This document shows positions 21,537 through 35,243 of a stretch of DNA of 64,000 bases, piece by piece. The position numbers and the translations under genes are program-made. The notes under the pieces were generated by a model. That model was not told the DNA's origin. It worked only from the letters and a program-made list of their open reading frames with translations, and searched no databases. The stretch lies in the NCBI GenBank assembly GCA_031835245.2, contig JAVKOQ020000098.1, forward strand, positions 1 through 64,000. The letters are read 5' to 3'. The first letter of the stretch is position 1; each line of letters begins with the position of its first letter. The stretch comes from Balamuthia mandrillaris (Eukaryota).

Positions 21537-23572
21537 TTAAGTTCGTCGGGTTTCTTCGGGAGATAAACGCTTCCAGCCTTTTTTTGAAGACACAGGAGAG
21601 GCTAATGTAGCTCTTTCCAGCTTGGACTTTCTTTTCAGCTCTTTTCTTCGCTTTTTCTCCATCTCTATCTTCTCTTCCAACAGTCGCTCGCCTTCTTCTG
21701 GATTCACCAACAAAAGCTCCGATATCGTTCTTTCAAGAAGACGAGGGCTCCAATCCTTCATCTCATCTTCGGCTTTCAACTGATTGCGCAAGTCAGACAC
21801 GTTCTGTGGAAGCTTCAGCAACAAAGACCACTTTTGCAGCTTTCTTTCTGCTTCAGGAGAGGTCACTCCGTTGTGTACCACTGCTTGTAGTTGTGCCTCC
21901 CTCTCTCTTTCTCGCTCCCGTTCTCGTTCCAATCTTTCCCGTTCTGCCTCTTCCCGCTCTCGTTCTCGTTCCGCCCGTTCCCTCTCTTTCTCTCTCTCCC
22001 ATTCCTTTTCTCTTTCCAATCGCGCCTTTCGCTGTCGTTCACGTCTCTCTGAGGTGGGTGAATGCATAGAATGGAGACAAAATTAATTAAAGATTAAAAT
22101 AAAGAATAAGCAAAAGAATAAGAAAAAGGAAAAAGACGAAGAAGAAGAAGAATAAGAATAAGAATAAGAAAGAGAGCAAGAAGAATAACCCAGGACAAAC
22201 GAGAGAAAAGATAAACAATCGTAGAAAGGTAGGGACAAAGGAGGGATGAATACCGTATTCTGCGAGGTCAGCACGAGTTTGGAAGGGCAACACAGCATCT
22301 GCATTGGCGGCCTCAACAATCGCCAAACGATCGGAGTAGGAATATAGAGCGCTGACCGTCTTTGTTAGATCCTTCCCAAAGAATTCGCCGCTGCCGCCTT
22401 TCTCCTCCTGGCCTTTCTTTTTGCCAAACTTGCCACCTGGAACAAAAACGTGGTTTAACGTTACCAACGACGCAATAAACATAAGGAAGCAACAAACCTG
22501 AAATAGCGAGAAGAGTAGGTTTCATGGCCGTACGTGGAGACAGAGGCATAAGGTTTTTTTCCTTCTCGGAGGTAGCATTTGAATGTTTGGCAGCAGGAGT
22601 GTCTGTAACGGGCTCTTCTATCTTGGGCGGTGGAGACGACGGGGGAGAAGCAGCAGCAGAAGAAGGGGAAGAGGAAGGAGCAACAGTAGAAGCAGAAGAA
22701 GAAGAAGAAGAAGAAGAAGAAGAAGCAGGACGAAGGGAAATCACGTCTGAAGAAACTGGGGCAGAAGAGGAAAAAGGAAGAACAGAAGAGGAATTGTTTT
22801 TGTTGTTATTGTTGCTGTTGGATGTTGACGAACCAAAGTTGTCGCAACTGAAACTCTCGCTGAGTACTCTTTTGCGAGAACCCGTTTTGTTGGAGTCTTG
22901 GGATATTTTGCTGCCAGAACCCTTTTTGGAAAGAGAAACGAGGTCCTGAGACCTCCTCCAACTATTGTTCTTGTTTGCTTGGCTCTCCCTTGAATGTACT
23001 CCGTTGCCCCATTGCTCTTCTCCTCGTCCTCCTCCTGCGGATTTTCTTTTGGGAGACTTGAAACCCGAAGATGAAGTTGGTACTTTTGAAGGAATTATTG
23101 AGGGTTGTCTTTCGGTTGCCTCCTTGTTCTCCTTCTTGAGGCTTCTTCTTTTTTCTTTTTTGCTCTCCTTTATTGCTCCCTTCTCCTCTTCTTCTTTCTC
23201 TGCTGCTGCTGCTGCAGCTTTTTCTTCTTTCTCTGTCGCTTTTTCCTCCGGCTCTATAGCGGCGTCGTCTTCATTAGCTTTCTTTTCTTGCCGCCGTACT
23301 TCTCCTTCTTCTGGTTTGCTTTCCGTTGGCCGCGGAGACTTCTCTCCACTGCCCGTCAGGGTCCCGCTCTTTTTCATCGGCCGACTCAGCTCCCTCTTTT
23401 GTGTCTCCTCTTTCTTTAGGACCACGTCCCCCTCGGCGCTGACCTCATATTCTCGCGTCACCACGATCTCCTCCTCTCCCTCGCTTTCGCTGCTCCCGCT
23501 GGTCCACTCCGTTTCTTCCAATCGCAGCCTTATCAAACGTTGTCTTTCTTTCTCTGGGTCCGCCTCCGCCAT
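21537..23572 (-). CDS. Hypothetical charged/Ser-rich protein with coiled-coil C-terminus (3 exons likely)
   Basis: Long open frames 22313-23662, 22087-22482 and 21537-22067 separated by pyrimidine-rich GT-AG introns; no recognised domain. Confidence 0.6.
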
Positions 23573-24650
23573 TCTCTCGCATAACCTCCTCCACCTTCTC
23601 TTTCGCCCGTCGTTATGTGTTACCGCAAAGGAGGAGCGCGTTACAGCCCAAAAAGAAAACACTATGTAACCTTGTTAATTAGCTCTAGTAGTTGGCTGAG
23701 CGAGCATTTAGCGAATAATTGAAAAAGTTCCATTCGGTAACTTGCTGATATCACCATCATCGGACAATAGCACACGTCACATTTTTCCGGGATTCATCCG
23801 CACCTCTTGTGCAGCCCGTTTGCAGTTTTTCTTTAAAACAAATAAAAGAATAGAATAAAAACAGATACCTGCGCTGGCTTAAGAGATCACTTGCTTTCTT
23901 CAAAAATATTGTACCAGACAATAACGTCATCTGAACGGCAGATGTTGAGGCGGAGCAAAAGCTTGCCACGCCATGCCCTCTCCTTGTAATTGAGTATTTA
24001 ACCACATGATCGCCAAGTGGTGGTTCGCCATCGTACGCCAAGGCGATGCCCCCATCCCGCAGGAGCAGGCAAACCACTGACGCTATTCCCCTTTGTCTCT
24101 GCGGAAAAATACATGACTCCTCCTTGCGGCGCTACTCCCCATCCCGCCGAAGCAGAGCCTCCTGTTGTGCTTCGTTCCGTGGCACATAGTCGAAAAAAAA
24201 TGAAAAAATTATTTAAAAAATGAAAAAATTATTAAAAATGTCGATTCTCCTAAATTTTCCATCTCGCGAAAAGCGAGATCTTGCTATCACGGCCCAAGCG
24301 AAAAGAAGAGAACAAGCGCAAAAACTTTTGGAGAAACAACGCAACAACAACAACTTAACGAAAAAAAAAACCCTTCTCCCAAAAAAAAAGCGCATAGAGA
24401 GGAACACACAAAAAAAAACTTAGCGTCAGCTCACCCCCGCTTTTGCTTTTGAAACACAAACTCGTGCCGACCGATTCTTCCCCAGCATGTTTGTCCAAAA
24501 GGTATGTTCTCCTTCTCCTTCTTCCACAAAAGAAAAAATATATATATTGCCTCTTCTTTTATTATTGACGAATTTGGCTGGGACGGTTCGGGCGGCTTCT
24601 TGGTTCTTATTATTAATATTTTTATATAACAAAAACCCTTTGACCACGCA

Positions 24651-25985
24651 ATGCGGATGAACTTAAAGGGCCAAAAGGTTTGGTTCCCTCATGCAGAACA
24701 TGGATGGGAGTTGGGCACGGTGGTCATGATGGAGTCGGCTGGCGTTTTGGTGGAGACACCCGCCCAACAGGTTTGGATCTTTTTTTTTTCGAGCGCCTCG
24801 TTTTCTTCTTTCTCCCTTTCATCTCTCTCCTTTGGAGTAAAGGTTTGATTTTGGATTTTGTTTTGAAACCAAACAAATAGCAAAAACATTTTCAAGCGGA
24901 CTCGTTGGTTGAAGCGGAAGAGGAGAGCACAACGGAAAAGGAAGACATGGTGCGGAGCAATGACCTAAGCGAGGCTAGTCTCTTGTACAATCTACGAATG
25001 CGGTATTCTCAAGACAAGATTTATGTACGTCCTTCGTTCCAACAGTTGATTTTGTTGACGTTTCCATTTGATTTTTTTTTGTGTCTAATCTTTCTTTGCC
25101 ATACTCTATGTTGGCTCTTTTAACAGACATATGTGGGACCAATGTTGATAGCACTGAATCCATTCAAGGCGTTGGAGGAAATATATTCGAAGAACATGGT
25201 GCAGCAGTATGGTGGAAAGAGGCTCCATCAATTGCCGCCGCACATATATGCCATCGCCAACGAAGCGTTCGTTGACTTACAAAATACTGGTCGCAGCCAA
25301 TCCATTCTTATCAGGTTTGGTTGTTTCTTCTCCTCTCTTGTTTTTATTGCGCTTCGTTTTTGTCTATTCTTTGTTCGCTAAAACGTTTGTTTTTATTTCT
25401 TTCTTCACTCTTTTCGGCTCATAGCGGCGAAAGTGGAGCAGGCAAAACGGAATCTACCAAGTATGTTCTTAGATACCTTGCTGAAGCTGCTCCAAGCAGC
25501 AAAGAAAACCTGCGTCAACAAATCCTTCAGACCAATCCTCTGCTTGAGGTTCTCTCTCTCTCTCTCTGGAATGTTGCATTTCTCCTCTTCTTTTCTTTTC
25601 CTCTTCTCGCATTCTCCTCTCACTTCTCTCTCTCGCTCTCGAGCCTTACATTTACTTTCATCGTTCTTACTTTTGCTCGTTCAAAGGCATTTGGCAACGC
25701 AAAGACAGTGAAAAACAACAACAGTAGTCGTTTCGGCAAGTTCATTCAGGTGTGTTTCAATGAGCGATGCCACATCACAGGAGCCATGATCCAGACTTAT
25801 CTATTGGAGAAAAGTAGGATTGTATCCCAAGCTCCAAATGAACGCAATTACCACATATTTTATCAACTGGTTCTTGGCTCTAATGCCGAAGAGAAACAAA
25901 AATATCAACTGGAAGGTTTTCAAGTTACGGACTTTCATTATTTAAACCCTCAACGCCTGAACGCAACACTTGATGCGCGAGGTCT

Positions 25986-26039
<54 letters not shown>

Positions 26040-27576
26040 TCTCTTTCTCTCTTCCCTTCTTTTTGTTGTTCTCTTCGTCGTTCCTTCTTTTCTTTGGCAA
26101 GTTCAACATAACCATTTTTTTTTTTGGATTTTTACACAAACAGACGCTGAAGAACTAAGCAACAATTTTCAGGAAGTCAAAGCCTGTATGCAAACCATAG
26201 GCATATCAGATGAGGAACAAGACAACGTTTTTAGAGCTCTGGCAGGCATCCTCCACTTGGGCAACATAAGCTTCGTGTGCAACGCTGCCCGCGAAGCTAA
26301 GATAGATAGTAACGCCAGGTCGTCTCTAGAGCAAGCTTGCCATCTTTTGGGACTCATTCCGGATGTGTTGGAGTCAGCTCTTTGCTCTCGTACTTTTGCA
26401 AGTGGTGGTCGCGCTTCCGTATATAAAGTGCCGCTAAACACTGAGCAAGCCGTTGAAGGTCTCTCTCTTCCCCCCTCTTCTTTCTCTCTCTCTTTCCCTT
26501 CTTGTGTTTTGTAATTTTTCTTATCTTTCTTCTTAACTCGATGTATATTTAACTTTATAGGAAGAGATGCACTGGCCAAAGACTTGTATTCAAGACTGTT
26601 TGGTTGGTTGGTATCAAGAGTGAATGCTACTCTCTACGATGAGGAAGACCATCGCTCCAATTCAGCTCCCAACAAAATAATTGGAGTGCTCGACATTTTC
26701 GGTTTTGAGGTCTTTCCTCAGAACAGCTTCGAGCAACTGACCATCAACTACGCCAACGAGAAGCTCTTCCAACAGCTCAATTCGTTCTTGTTTGAATGCC
26801 AACAGAAAGAATACGCAATGGAGGGGGTAGAGTGGCAACAAATCTCCTTCCCGGATAATAAGGATTGCTTGAACCTCATCGAACAAAAGCCATATGGCAT
26901 TCTCTCTTTGCTGGATGAGGAGTGTCAAGTACCAAAAGGCAACGAGAAGAGCTTGCTCGATAAAATAACAGCGGAGCACGATAAAAAGAACGCTCGCTAC
27001 GCCTCTTCGCGTAAACCATTTCACTTCACCATTCGTCATTTTGCTGGAGAGGTGCACTACGACATTCAACACTTTTTAGAGAAGAACAAGGATACTCTGC
27101 ATGCCGACCTCAAGACCATCTTTCAGGAGAGCGAGGACCCTTTCCTCAAACTCCTCTTCTTCGTGGCTGATGTGGACAACATGGCTGCCTCGCTGCCTGC
27201 TGAACGACCTGGTCTCAAAAGACGTATGACCGGTCAACGCTCTCAACTTCCACCAAAAGCACCAGGAGTGTCAGCGGGCGGGTCATCCTCCATGTATGCC
27301 GCCTCCCCTAACACCGCTAGAAGAAAGTCAGGATTGGTAACTGTGGCCAGCACCTTCAAGCAGCAACTCACTCTGTTGATGCAAACCATCGAGCGCACAA
27401 ACCCGCATTACATTCGCTGTGTGAAAACAAATCCAGGCAACGCTCCCTCCAGATTCGATGCGGTGGAGGTTTTGAGACAGCTTCGTTACTCTGGCATGAT
27501 TGCAGCTGTGAAGATTCGCAAGGCTGGCTTTGCTTCTCGTCGTCCCTATAAACAGTTCTTAAATCGGTATGTTTAT

Positions 27577-27618
<42 letters not shown>

Positions 27619-27930
27619 GTTAATACTTTTCTGCCTTTCTTTTACAAACTTTTTTTTTCATTAGTTATAAGCCATTGTTGGAGGATGTTCTTGGCCAAGC
27701 TATCATTGCGTCGGTGGATACTTCATCTGAGTCGGCCTGTAGAAGTGTTTGTCAACAATTTGTAGACCAGTTGCCTCCTGAGCAAAAGAGCCAGGTTCAG
27801 TTGGGTCACACTAAAGTCTTCTTGAAAGCAGAACTGGTTAGTTAGAAACTCTTATCTGCTTCTCTTTCGTTAATGTCATTGTTTTATTATTTATTTATTT
27901 CTTTTTGTATCATGATCTCTCTCCCTCCCC

Positions 27931-27986
<56 letters not shown>

Positions 27987-30900
27987 TTCTTCTCTCTCTT
28001 TGTGTTTCCCTCTTTTCTTTCTCTCACTTGATACTGTTATTCTTTTTATAGGCTGAACAGTTGGAAGAGCAGAGAGAACAAAAGATGATAGACAAAATTA
28101 TTCGCATCCAGAGAGCCATGAAGGTTGCTATTCTGCGTCGCCGCTTAAAGAAGATTGTTGCAGAGAAACGAGCCCGAGAGAGGGAAGAACGACTGAGAAG
28201 AGAAGAAGAGGAAAGACAAAGGCTGAAACGTCAACAAGAAGAGGAAGAACGACAGAGGCAAAAACTCCTGGCAGAGGAGGAAGAAAGACAAAGGTTGTTA
28301 AAACGTCAACAGGAAGAAGAAGAAAGACGAAAGCAGAAACTACAAGAAGAACAAGACGAAGAAAGGCGAAAGCTGAAACATCAACTAGAACAAGAGCACA
28401 GACAAGACTGGATGCGTAAAGAAGAAGAAGAAAGACAACGGCTGAAACGCAAACAAGAGGAAGAACAAGAACTACGAAAGCTGACACCAGGGGCAGCTCA
28501 GCCACCATCTCCCACACCCTTAATGGCAGCTCAGCCTCCAACAACACAACAAAAAACTCCACAGGAACCACAATCGCCACCACAAGGCATGGTGATCCGT
28601 CAACGACGATCCGGGGCTCACCAGCCACCAGCAGTGCCACCCCGCTTTCGTCCGACAATTACGCCTAATAACGGTCCTCCTCCAAGGACACCGCCTTCTC
28701 TCTCTCCCATCCCCTCTCCCACTACCCCTTCCTCTCCGCTAATGCCACACTCCCCTAGAGGCACTGTCATGTCTGCCGCCTCCAAGCTTGAAGCCACTTT
28801 GGGGTCCTCTCCTGGATCGCAACCACCACCGCTGCAGCCTCCTCCCATTATTACCACGCTGAGGCCGTCGAGAGTGCAACCCGGCATTCCTGTTCTTTCC
28901 TCTCCACCTACTTCTTCGTCAGGTTCTACTTCCAAATTGGAAGCCTTCTTTGGTGCCACTCCACCAACAGTACGTCGACAACAACAGCCAACCCTGCCAC
29001 TAAAGCAACTACCCAACGATAGAAGAGTAGCCAGTTGTGAGGATATAAGAGCGTTGGATGCTTCCACTCTCTCTCCATCAACACAAGAACCACAACAACA
29101 GCCCCCACAACCGCCTCCCAAGCTGCACAATCTGGCACGCAGTCTAAGTGCCACGTCTCTTAACCAAAGGAACTCATTAGAGCCAAGGGCTTCACCGCGA
29201 GACGAAGAACCAAAGAGCGCCAGAACCTCGCAATACAATAACGAAAAAGACGACAAAAAACAGAGGAGGGGCTTCCTCATGATGAAGACAAAGAAGAAGG
29301 ACAAGGCACCGAAAGAGAAGGAGAAGGAAAGACAGCACAACACCCTCCAGCGAACCAATTCCTCTCCCTCCTTGAAAGGAGAGATAACTCCAAATTCCCA
29401 ACCACAGCAACAACAAGACGGCGGTAGGGCCGTCGCCATTAAACGCAAGGCATCAGAGTATGGTTCCGCTACCAACAATTCTTCTGTACGTAAAACGTCC
29501 CCTCAAGGTGGCGACACCTCAGCTCCGGAAGGTGAGCTTAAGAAGACCGTCACCGCCTTCGTCATCGAAGAGCAGAGCGGCACCCAAATCTTCTTCAACC
29601 ATCTTCGCTCAGGCGCTAGTTCTGGAGGCTCTTCTCCTTTGGTCACTCCTCGAAGCAGCTATGGCTCGGCTCCGATCGATCCCAGCAATGATGAAGCGGG
29701 GGGAGGCCCTCAGGGTGAGGAGAAGAAGAAGGAGGAAGCACCAGTATTTGCAACTCCGGAGGAGGAAGCCAAGGCGATGCGTTTGAGGGCTATGGCTATC
29801 AAGGAGACAGTGGACACAGAAAGAGACTACGTCAAGGACTTGGGGGTTATCATCAAGGTTTGCTCTTCGCTCGCTCAATCTTTTGTCTTTTATTATTTAT
29901 ACTGATAATTTTCTCCACCCATAAACTCTACAGATGTTCATATTGCCCATTCGGCAAAAAGGGATATTGTCCGAAGCTGAAATTAATACCATCTTCTCCA
30001 CAATCGAGGTGATCCGTCCTCTGAACATGCAAATTCTCAAAGAACTGGAGCGGCGCGTTCGCCAACCCCCTCCAGACTGCGAACGTTTTGGAGATATTTT
30101 CTTGCAAATGGTAATAACCGTCTTCTATCCCTGTTTTAATTCTTTTTTCTAGTACTTGGTGCTAATCTGCTTTGGCTGGTCGGTCGCAGTCCGAGTACTT
30201 TAAAATGTATAGTAACTACTGTGCGGGTCAAAGCCAACAACTATCGCTTCTTTCTGCACTGCGACATAAAAACAAGGAGTTTGCTGCTTTCCTTCTGGTA
30301 ACTCCTCTCCATTTTTTTTTTTCAAAATAGTATGCTGTTGCATCCCCAGTTCTGACTGCAAACATAAAAGGAAGCAGAACAGGACCAAGCGTGCAGAGGT
30401 CTAAGTTTAGAGGCGTATCTCATCAAACCGGTGCAACGGGTATGCAAGTACCCGCTACTCCTTCGCGAGCTGCTGCGGCACACGTCCCAATCCCACGTGG
30501 ACTACGAGAACCTCGTCGCCGCTTTGGAGAAGATCGGCAGTGTCGTGGACTACATCAATGAGGGCAAACGCCTCGCCGAGCAGCAGGAACAAACGAGAGC
30601 AATTCAGGACAGCGTGGTTGGATTGAAGGATCTCGTGAAGCCAGCCCGTCGCTTCTTGAGCAAAGGAATGTTCTTGGTGGCGTCGCAGACGGCGCAAACG
30701 CCACAGGAAATGATGCTCTTCTTGTTCAACGATTTGCTGGTGCTGTCGAAACCGCGCAGCCATCACACCAAGAAAGGATCCACCTACACCCTCGAAGCAG
30801 AGGTACCCTTGGATCAGTTTGCTAAGCTTATGACCGTCAGTGATAGAGGTTCGTTGTGTTGTGTTGTTTTTTTTTTTCTCCTGACCAAATTCTTTAATGT

Positions 30901-31166
30901 TCCCTTCAGATGATGCCTTCTATCTATCGCACGGAAGTAACGGGTGGACAATACAAAGCACCAAAGCGCAGACGGAAGAGTGGTTGGGCATGCTAAACTC
31001 CATTGTCCAAAGAATCAAGAAGAAGTACTTGTTGGATCGTTATGCTTCCCTCAAACGAAAGGAAGGGAAGAACGCACCCCTTCCTGGCACTTCTGCTTAT
31101 CTTATAGCTCAAGGAGGTGCTGTTGGCCAGGAAGAGGAAGAACAACACGATGCTTCTGCCACGTAG
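24651..31166 (+). CDS. Unconventional myosin with RhoGEF tail (motor-IQ-charged helix-Pro-rich-DH-PH; MyoM-like architecture)
   Basis: [78 protein letters not shown] (DH); [10 protein letters not shown] (PH). Confidence 0.92.
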
Positions 31167-31273
31167 AAAGACAGGTTTTTGTTTTTTGATTGTTTCTACC
31201 ATTTCTTTCTGCAACATTATTCATATATCAACAAAAACTTCAGTTTTTAAAACCAACACCGCCTTCTTTTGAT

Positions 31274-34200
31274 TTAGTCCTTTCCAAAGCGACCGACCGT
31301 TGTTTTTCCAGCTTTTCGCACATGAACACCTACAGTTCCTTTTTGTAACGTTCCTGTGTTCACCTTCAAACCCTCTTTCTTGCCATATTTTTCCACCCTT
31401 TTTTTTTCGTTGTTTAGTGGTGTTGCGGAGTAGTGCAGAGAACGAGAAAGATGTACCATTCTTCAAAGTGCATGTAGCCACCGCCAACACGAATGACGAG
31501 GTAGCCGTTGAGAATGCGGAAAGAGATGTTCTTATTTCCCAGCCGATACACTCCAGGGCGAACATATTCTAGAGGAACTTGCTCGTAAAGACCTCCTTTG
31601 CCAAGAGCAGCTGCCACTTTTTCATCAATTTCATCACCCTGTGTTGCTCAGGTTGAGTACCAAAGAAAAAGGAAGGAGGATCAGGAGAGGAGGAAAGAGA
31701 ATGGAATAGAATAGGCGAGAGAGAGAGAGAGCGAGAGAGAGAGAGAGCGAGAGAGAGAGAGGAAACCTTGCGAGGGGTGTAAGCATATCCGTTGCCATTT
31801 CCAGCTGAGGTTGTTCGAGTGTTGTTGGCAGAAGGCATGATGTCTTGTTTCAAATCATCCAAAATTAAGTTCCTCCGCGATTCAGTTCTCTTTTGTTTCG
31901 GTTTCTCCTTTTTCTCTTTCTTCTTTTCTTGTGCCTCTGCTTTTGCCTCTTCCTCGGTCACTTCCGTTATTTTTGGAGACTGGGCAGTCATCCAAGTGCT
32001 GTTTCTTCGGGGAGAGGTGAGAGTTGCAGTTGCAGCAGTTGCTGTCGCCTCGGAAGTGGTCGTTGTAGTGGTTGTTGTAGATACTTTGGTTGTCTTTGCT
32101 TTGATAGCTTTTCTTCGTTCTGTTCTCTTCTCCATCTCGCGTTGTGTACTGCTGGCCGTATGATAAATCATCACTGCTTGAGAGGTCGATTTGGCGGAGA
32201 CCACCTCTGTCAATCGTTTCTTCAGCTCGTCCAACTCGCGTTGTAGTTCGATTCTGTTTCTTTCTTCTTTAAGTGCTTTTTGTTGAGAGGCATGAAGCTG
32301 CTTTTCCTTCTCTGTAGTTCACACAACACAATTAGATATGAAGAAGAGAGATAGAAGAGAAGAATGGAGGGGGGAAAGGTCAGATGAGAGAGAGAGAGAG
32401 AGAGAGAGATACCAAGCAATTCCAATTCTAATTGATTCTTTGCGTTATCAAACTCGGCCTCAAGTTCGTCGAGATGGTCGGTAGGAATCATGTTAAGCCG
32501 CTCCAACTGCAGTTCCTCTTCCAACCTCAACTTTAGCTCCTCTAATCCTTTTCTCGCTTTAGTCTCTGCCTCCAACTTTTTCTTTAAGATCTGCAGCTCC
32601 TTGCTCCGTTCCTCTTCAATCATCTTTTCAGTCTCATCCTTCTGTTCCAACATCTTTTTAAGCTTCGTCATCTCTTCCTGTAGATTCGCCCGCGAGTTTC
32701 GTCTTGCTCTCAACTCGTCCTCCAGCTTTTTTTGCAATGTCTCCAAATCGTCTCTCTGCTTGACTGCCTCTCTGAGCTGCTCCTCGATGCTCTTTGCGTT
32801 TTGTTCCACTTGCTCATACTTGCCTTTAACTTGCCTCAACTTTTGTTCAAGATCTCTCGCTCGGTCCTCCAGTTCCTTCTTGGCTTCAGCGGAAAGATTG
32901 TCTGTCATTTGAGAGGATCCATCTTTGCCTTTGCGTTGATGCATGCGCAATGCCATCGTAAGTTCTTCCAGTTCTTGCTCCAGCTTCTGGCGAGCCTGTT
33001 GTTCGCTGCTCAGGTCTTTCGTGTCCATTTCGAGACGGAAATGAAGCATGTCGACTTCTTCTTGAAGGAGTGCTCTGCTCTGTCTCCTCTTCTTCAACTC
33101 CACTTCCAAATTGCTTTGCACTGACTCGAGCTCCTTTCTCGCCTTGGACTCACTTTCCAGCTGCTCTTTCAGTTGTTCTATGGCAGACGCAAGCTGTCGT
33201 CGCTCCTCTTCCAAAAGCTTCTTCTCTTTCTTGGACGAAGCTTTCTTCTCGCTCTGTTGCTTCAGGCGTTCTTCTGTTTGGGCCAAACGTTCGTTCAATT
33301 CAGTGGCAAGTCCGTTCTTTTCCGCCAGCGTCTCTCTCAGAGTCTTTTGAAAGCGTTCCAAATTCTTTTTGGCCTGTTCTTCTTCCGCAAGTTTGTGTTT
33401 CAACTCTTCAATGCTCTCTTGATAGATCTTTTGAGAGGCTTGAAACTCTTCCAACATGGCGAGACCTTGTTCGTACTTAGAGTAAACTTCATCGTACTCA
33501 CGCTTAAGATTTTCTGCAAAGGACTCCATCTTCTTTCGTTCTTCTTCTTCCATCAATCTTTTCTGTTGCTCTTCATCATACTTTCTTTCCAACAGACTAA
33601 CCTCCTCGCTGAGTTTCGCTTTGTCCTCGAACAATTCTGACCGAAGACATTCCATGCTTCTCCTCATTTCTTGCTCTTGCTCCAGAGTTTGTTGCAAGTT
33701 TTCGATTTTGGCATTCAACTCTTCTCTCTTCTTCGTTTCCTGTTGTTTGGTCTCGTTCAGCTCGTTTCGTAACATTTCCAACTGTTTTTCTATCTCTTCC
33801 TTCTTTTTGGCCATCTCTTCTCTAACTTGTGTCTCTCTCCTCATTTGTTCTCTCAGTTCCACCATTTCGCGTTCGTATTCAGCTGTTCTGTTTACTTCGT
33901 CTTCGATCTTTCTGGCCAGTTCTGCTTTCATCTGCTCCTGTTTCTCTCGTTCCTGCTGCGTGTCGTTGAGCTCTTTCATTGCTGCTTCTAAAAGATGTTT
34001 GTTCTTCTCCAATGCTTCTGAGTTCTCCACAGCAACTGGGAATGGAGACCCATTGATGGCTTCTCCATCCAGTTCTACATCCAAGTAGAGAGCATCAGAA
34101 AGCTTTGGAGTGTAGGAGATGGTATAGGTGCCATCTCCATTGTCGGTCACAGAGCACGCGATGCGAATGCTGGCTGTTACTGTGTGTCCTCCTTGTTTGT

Positions 34201-35189
34201 AGTCGTTGCCAAGCTTGTCCTTTGCTTGCACTTTGTAGGTGAAAAGAAGGAGTGGTTAACAAAACTATTAAAAAAGAGTGTGAACCAACAAAAGAACGAA
34301 CCAATAAAGGAAGAAGTTTCGCCAATCTTTGCATTTTGGATGCCGTCGCCGATGATGGTTGATTTGCTAGCACAGGCTCTCGGCGGCTTCACGATAATCA
34401 TCATTGGATTATCTTTGATGTTTTCCTCGTTCAGCGTAATGGACATGATATAATAGCCTTTATGTGGAGCCTCGTAGGAAACGCTGTATGTGCCATCGTC
34501 GTTGTCCTGTACAGAGATGTGGCATTGCTCGGAGATGTCGTCTCCTGGGTGGTAGAAGCTGCTTCTCTTACCTATAGAAATAGTAGACCCCCTTCTCTTT
34601 GTCTTGGCTTCATCCTTTGGTTCCTCTCTTTTGCACAGAAAAAAGAATAACAAAGACGAATGAAAAAACAAGAAAGAAAGAACAAGTTTTGAATAAGAAA
34701 AGAAAACAAGAACAAGGAAGAAGAAAGAGGATGACTGACCTTGTGAAGATTTTGAGTTGCACTTTTTCTCCTCCCTTTAGATAACGGCTGCCATCTTCAG
34801 TTTTCGTGAAGACGATAAAACGAGACTCCTCATTTGCATAAACTTTTCCATCTTCCAAACCATCTCCTTTAAATTTGAGAATGTGAGACTAACGAAAACA
34901 CAAGAGAGAAAAAGAGAAAAAGATAAGACCAGCAACAAAGATAACAAACCTGCTGCAATTGTGTGCGCTGCAGATGGTTTGCGTATGGCATGCAGCCGAT
35001 GTCGCATTTCCTGACGAAAGTAAGAAACGTACGTCATAACGGAAAGGTCATCTGGCTTTCCTTCCACCATGTCTTCCACATCCAACAATCGTGGGATGCC
35101 AAACAAAGTGTAAGCTTTACCAAATGCCAATTCCATATTTTCTCTCCGATTTTCCTGTGAGAGTGAAACGAGAGGACACACAGAGAAAT

Positions 35190-35243
<54 letters not shown>

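Noticed and set aside
23757..24223. Short ORFs and a duplicated CCCCATCCCGC motif between divergent genes
   Set aside because: No recognisable domain; likely promoter or intergenic sequence
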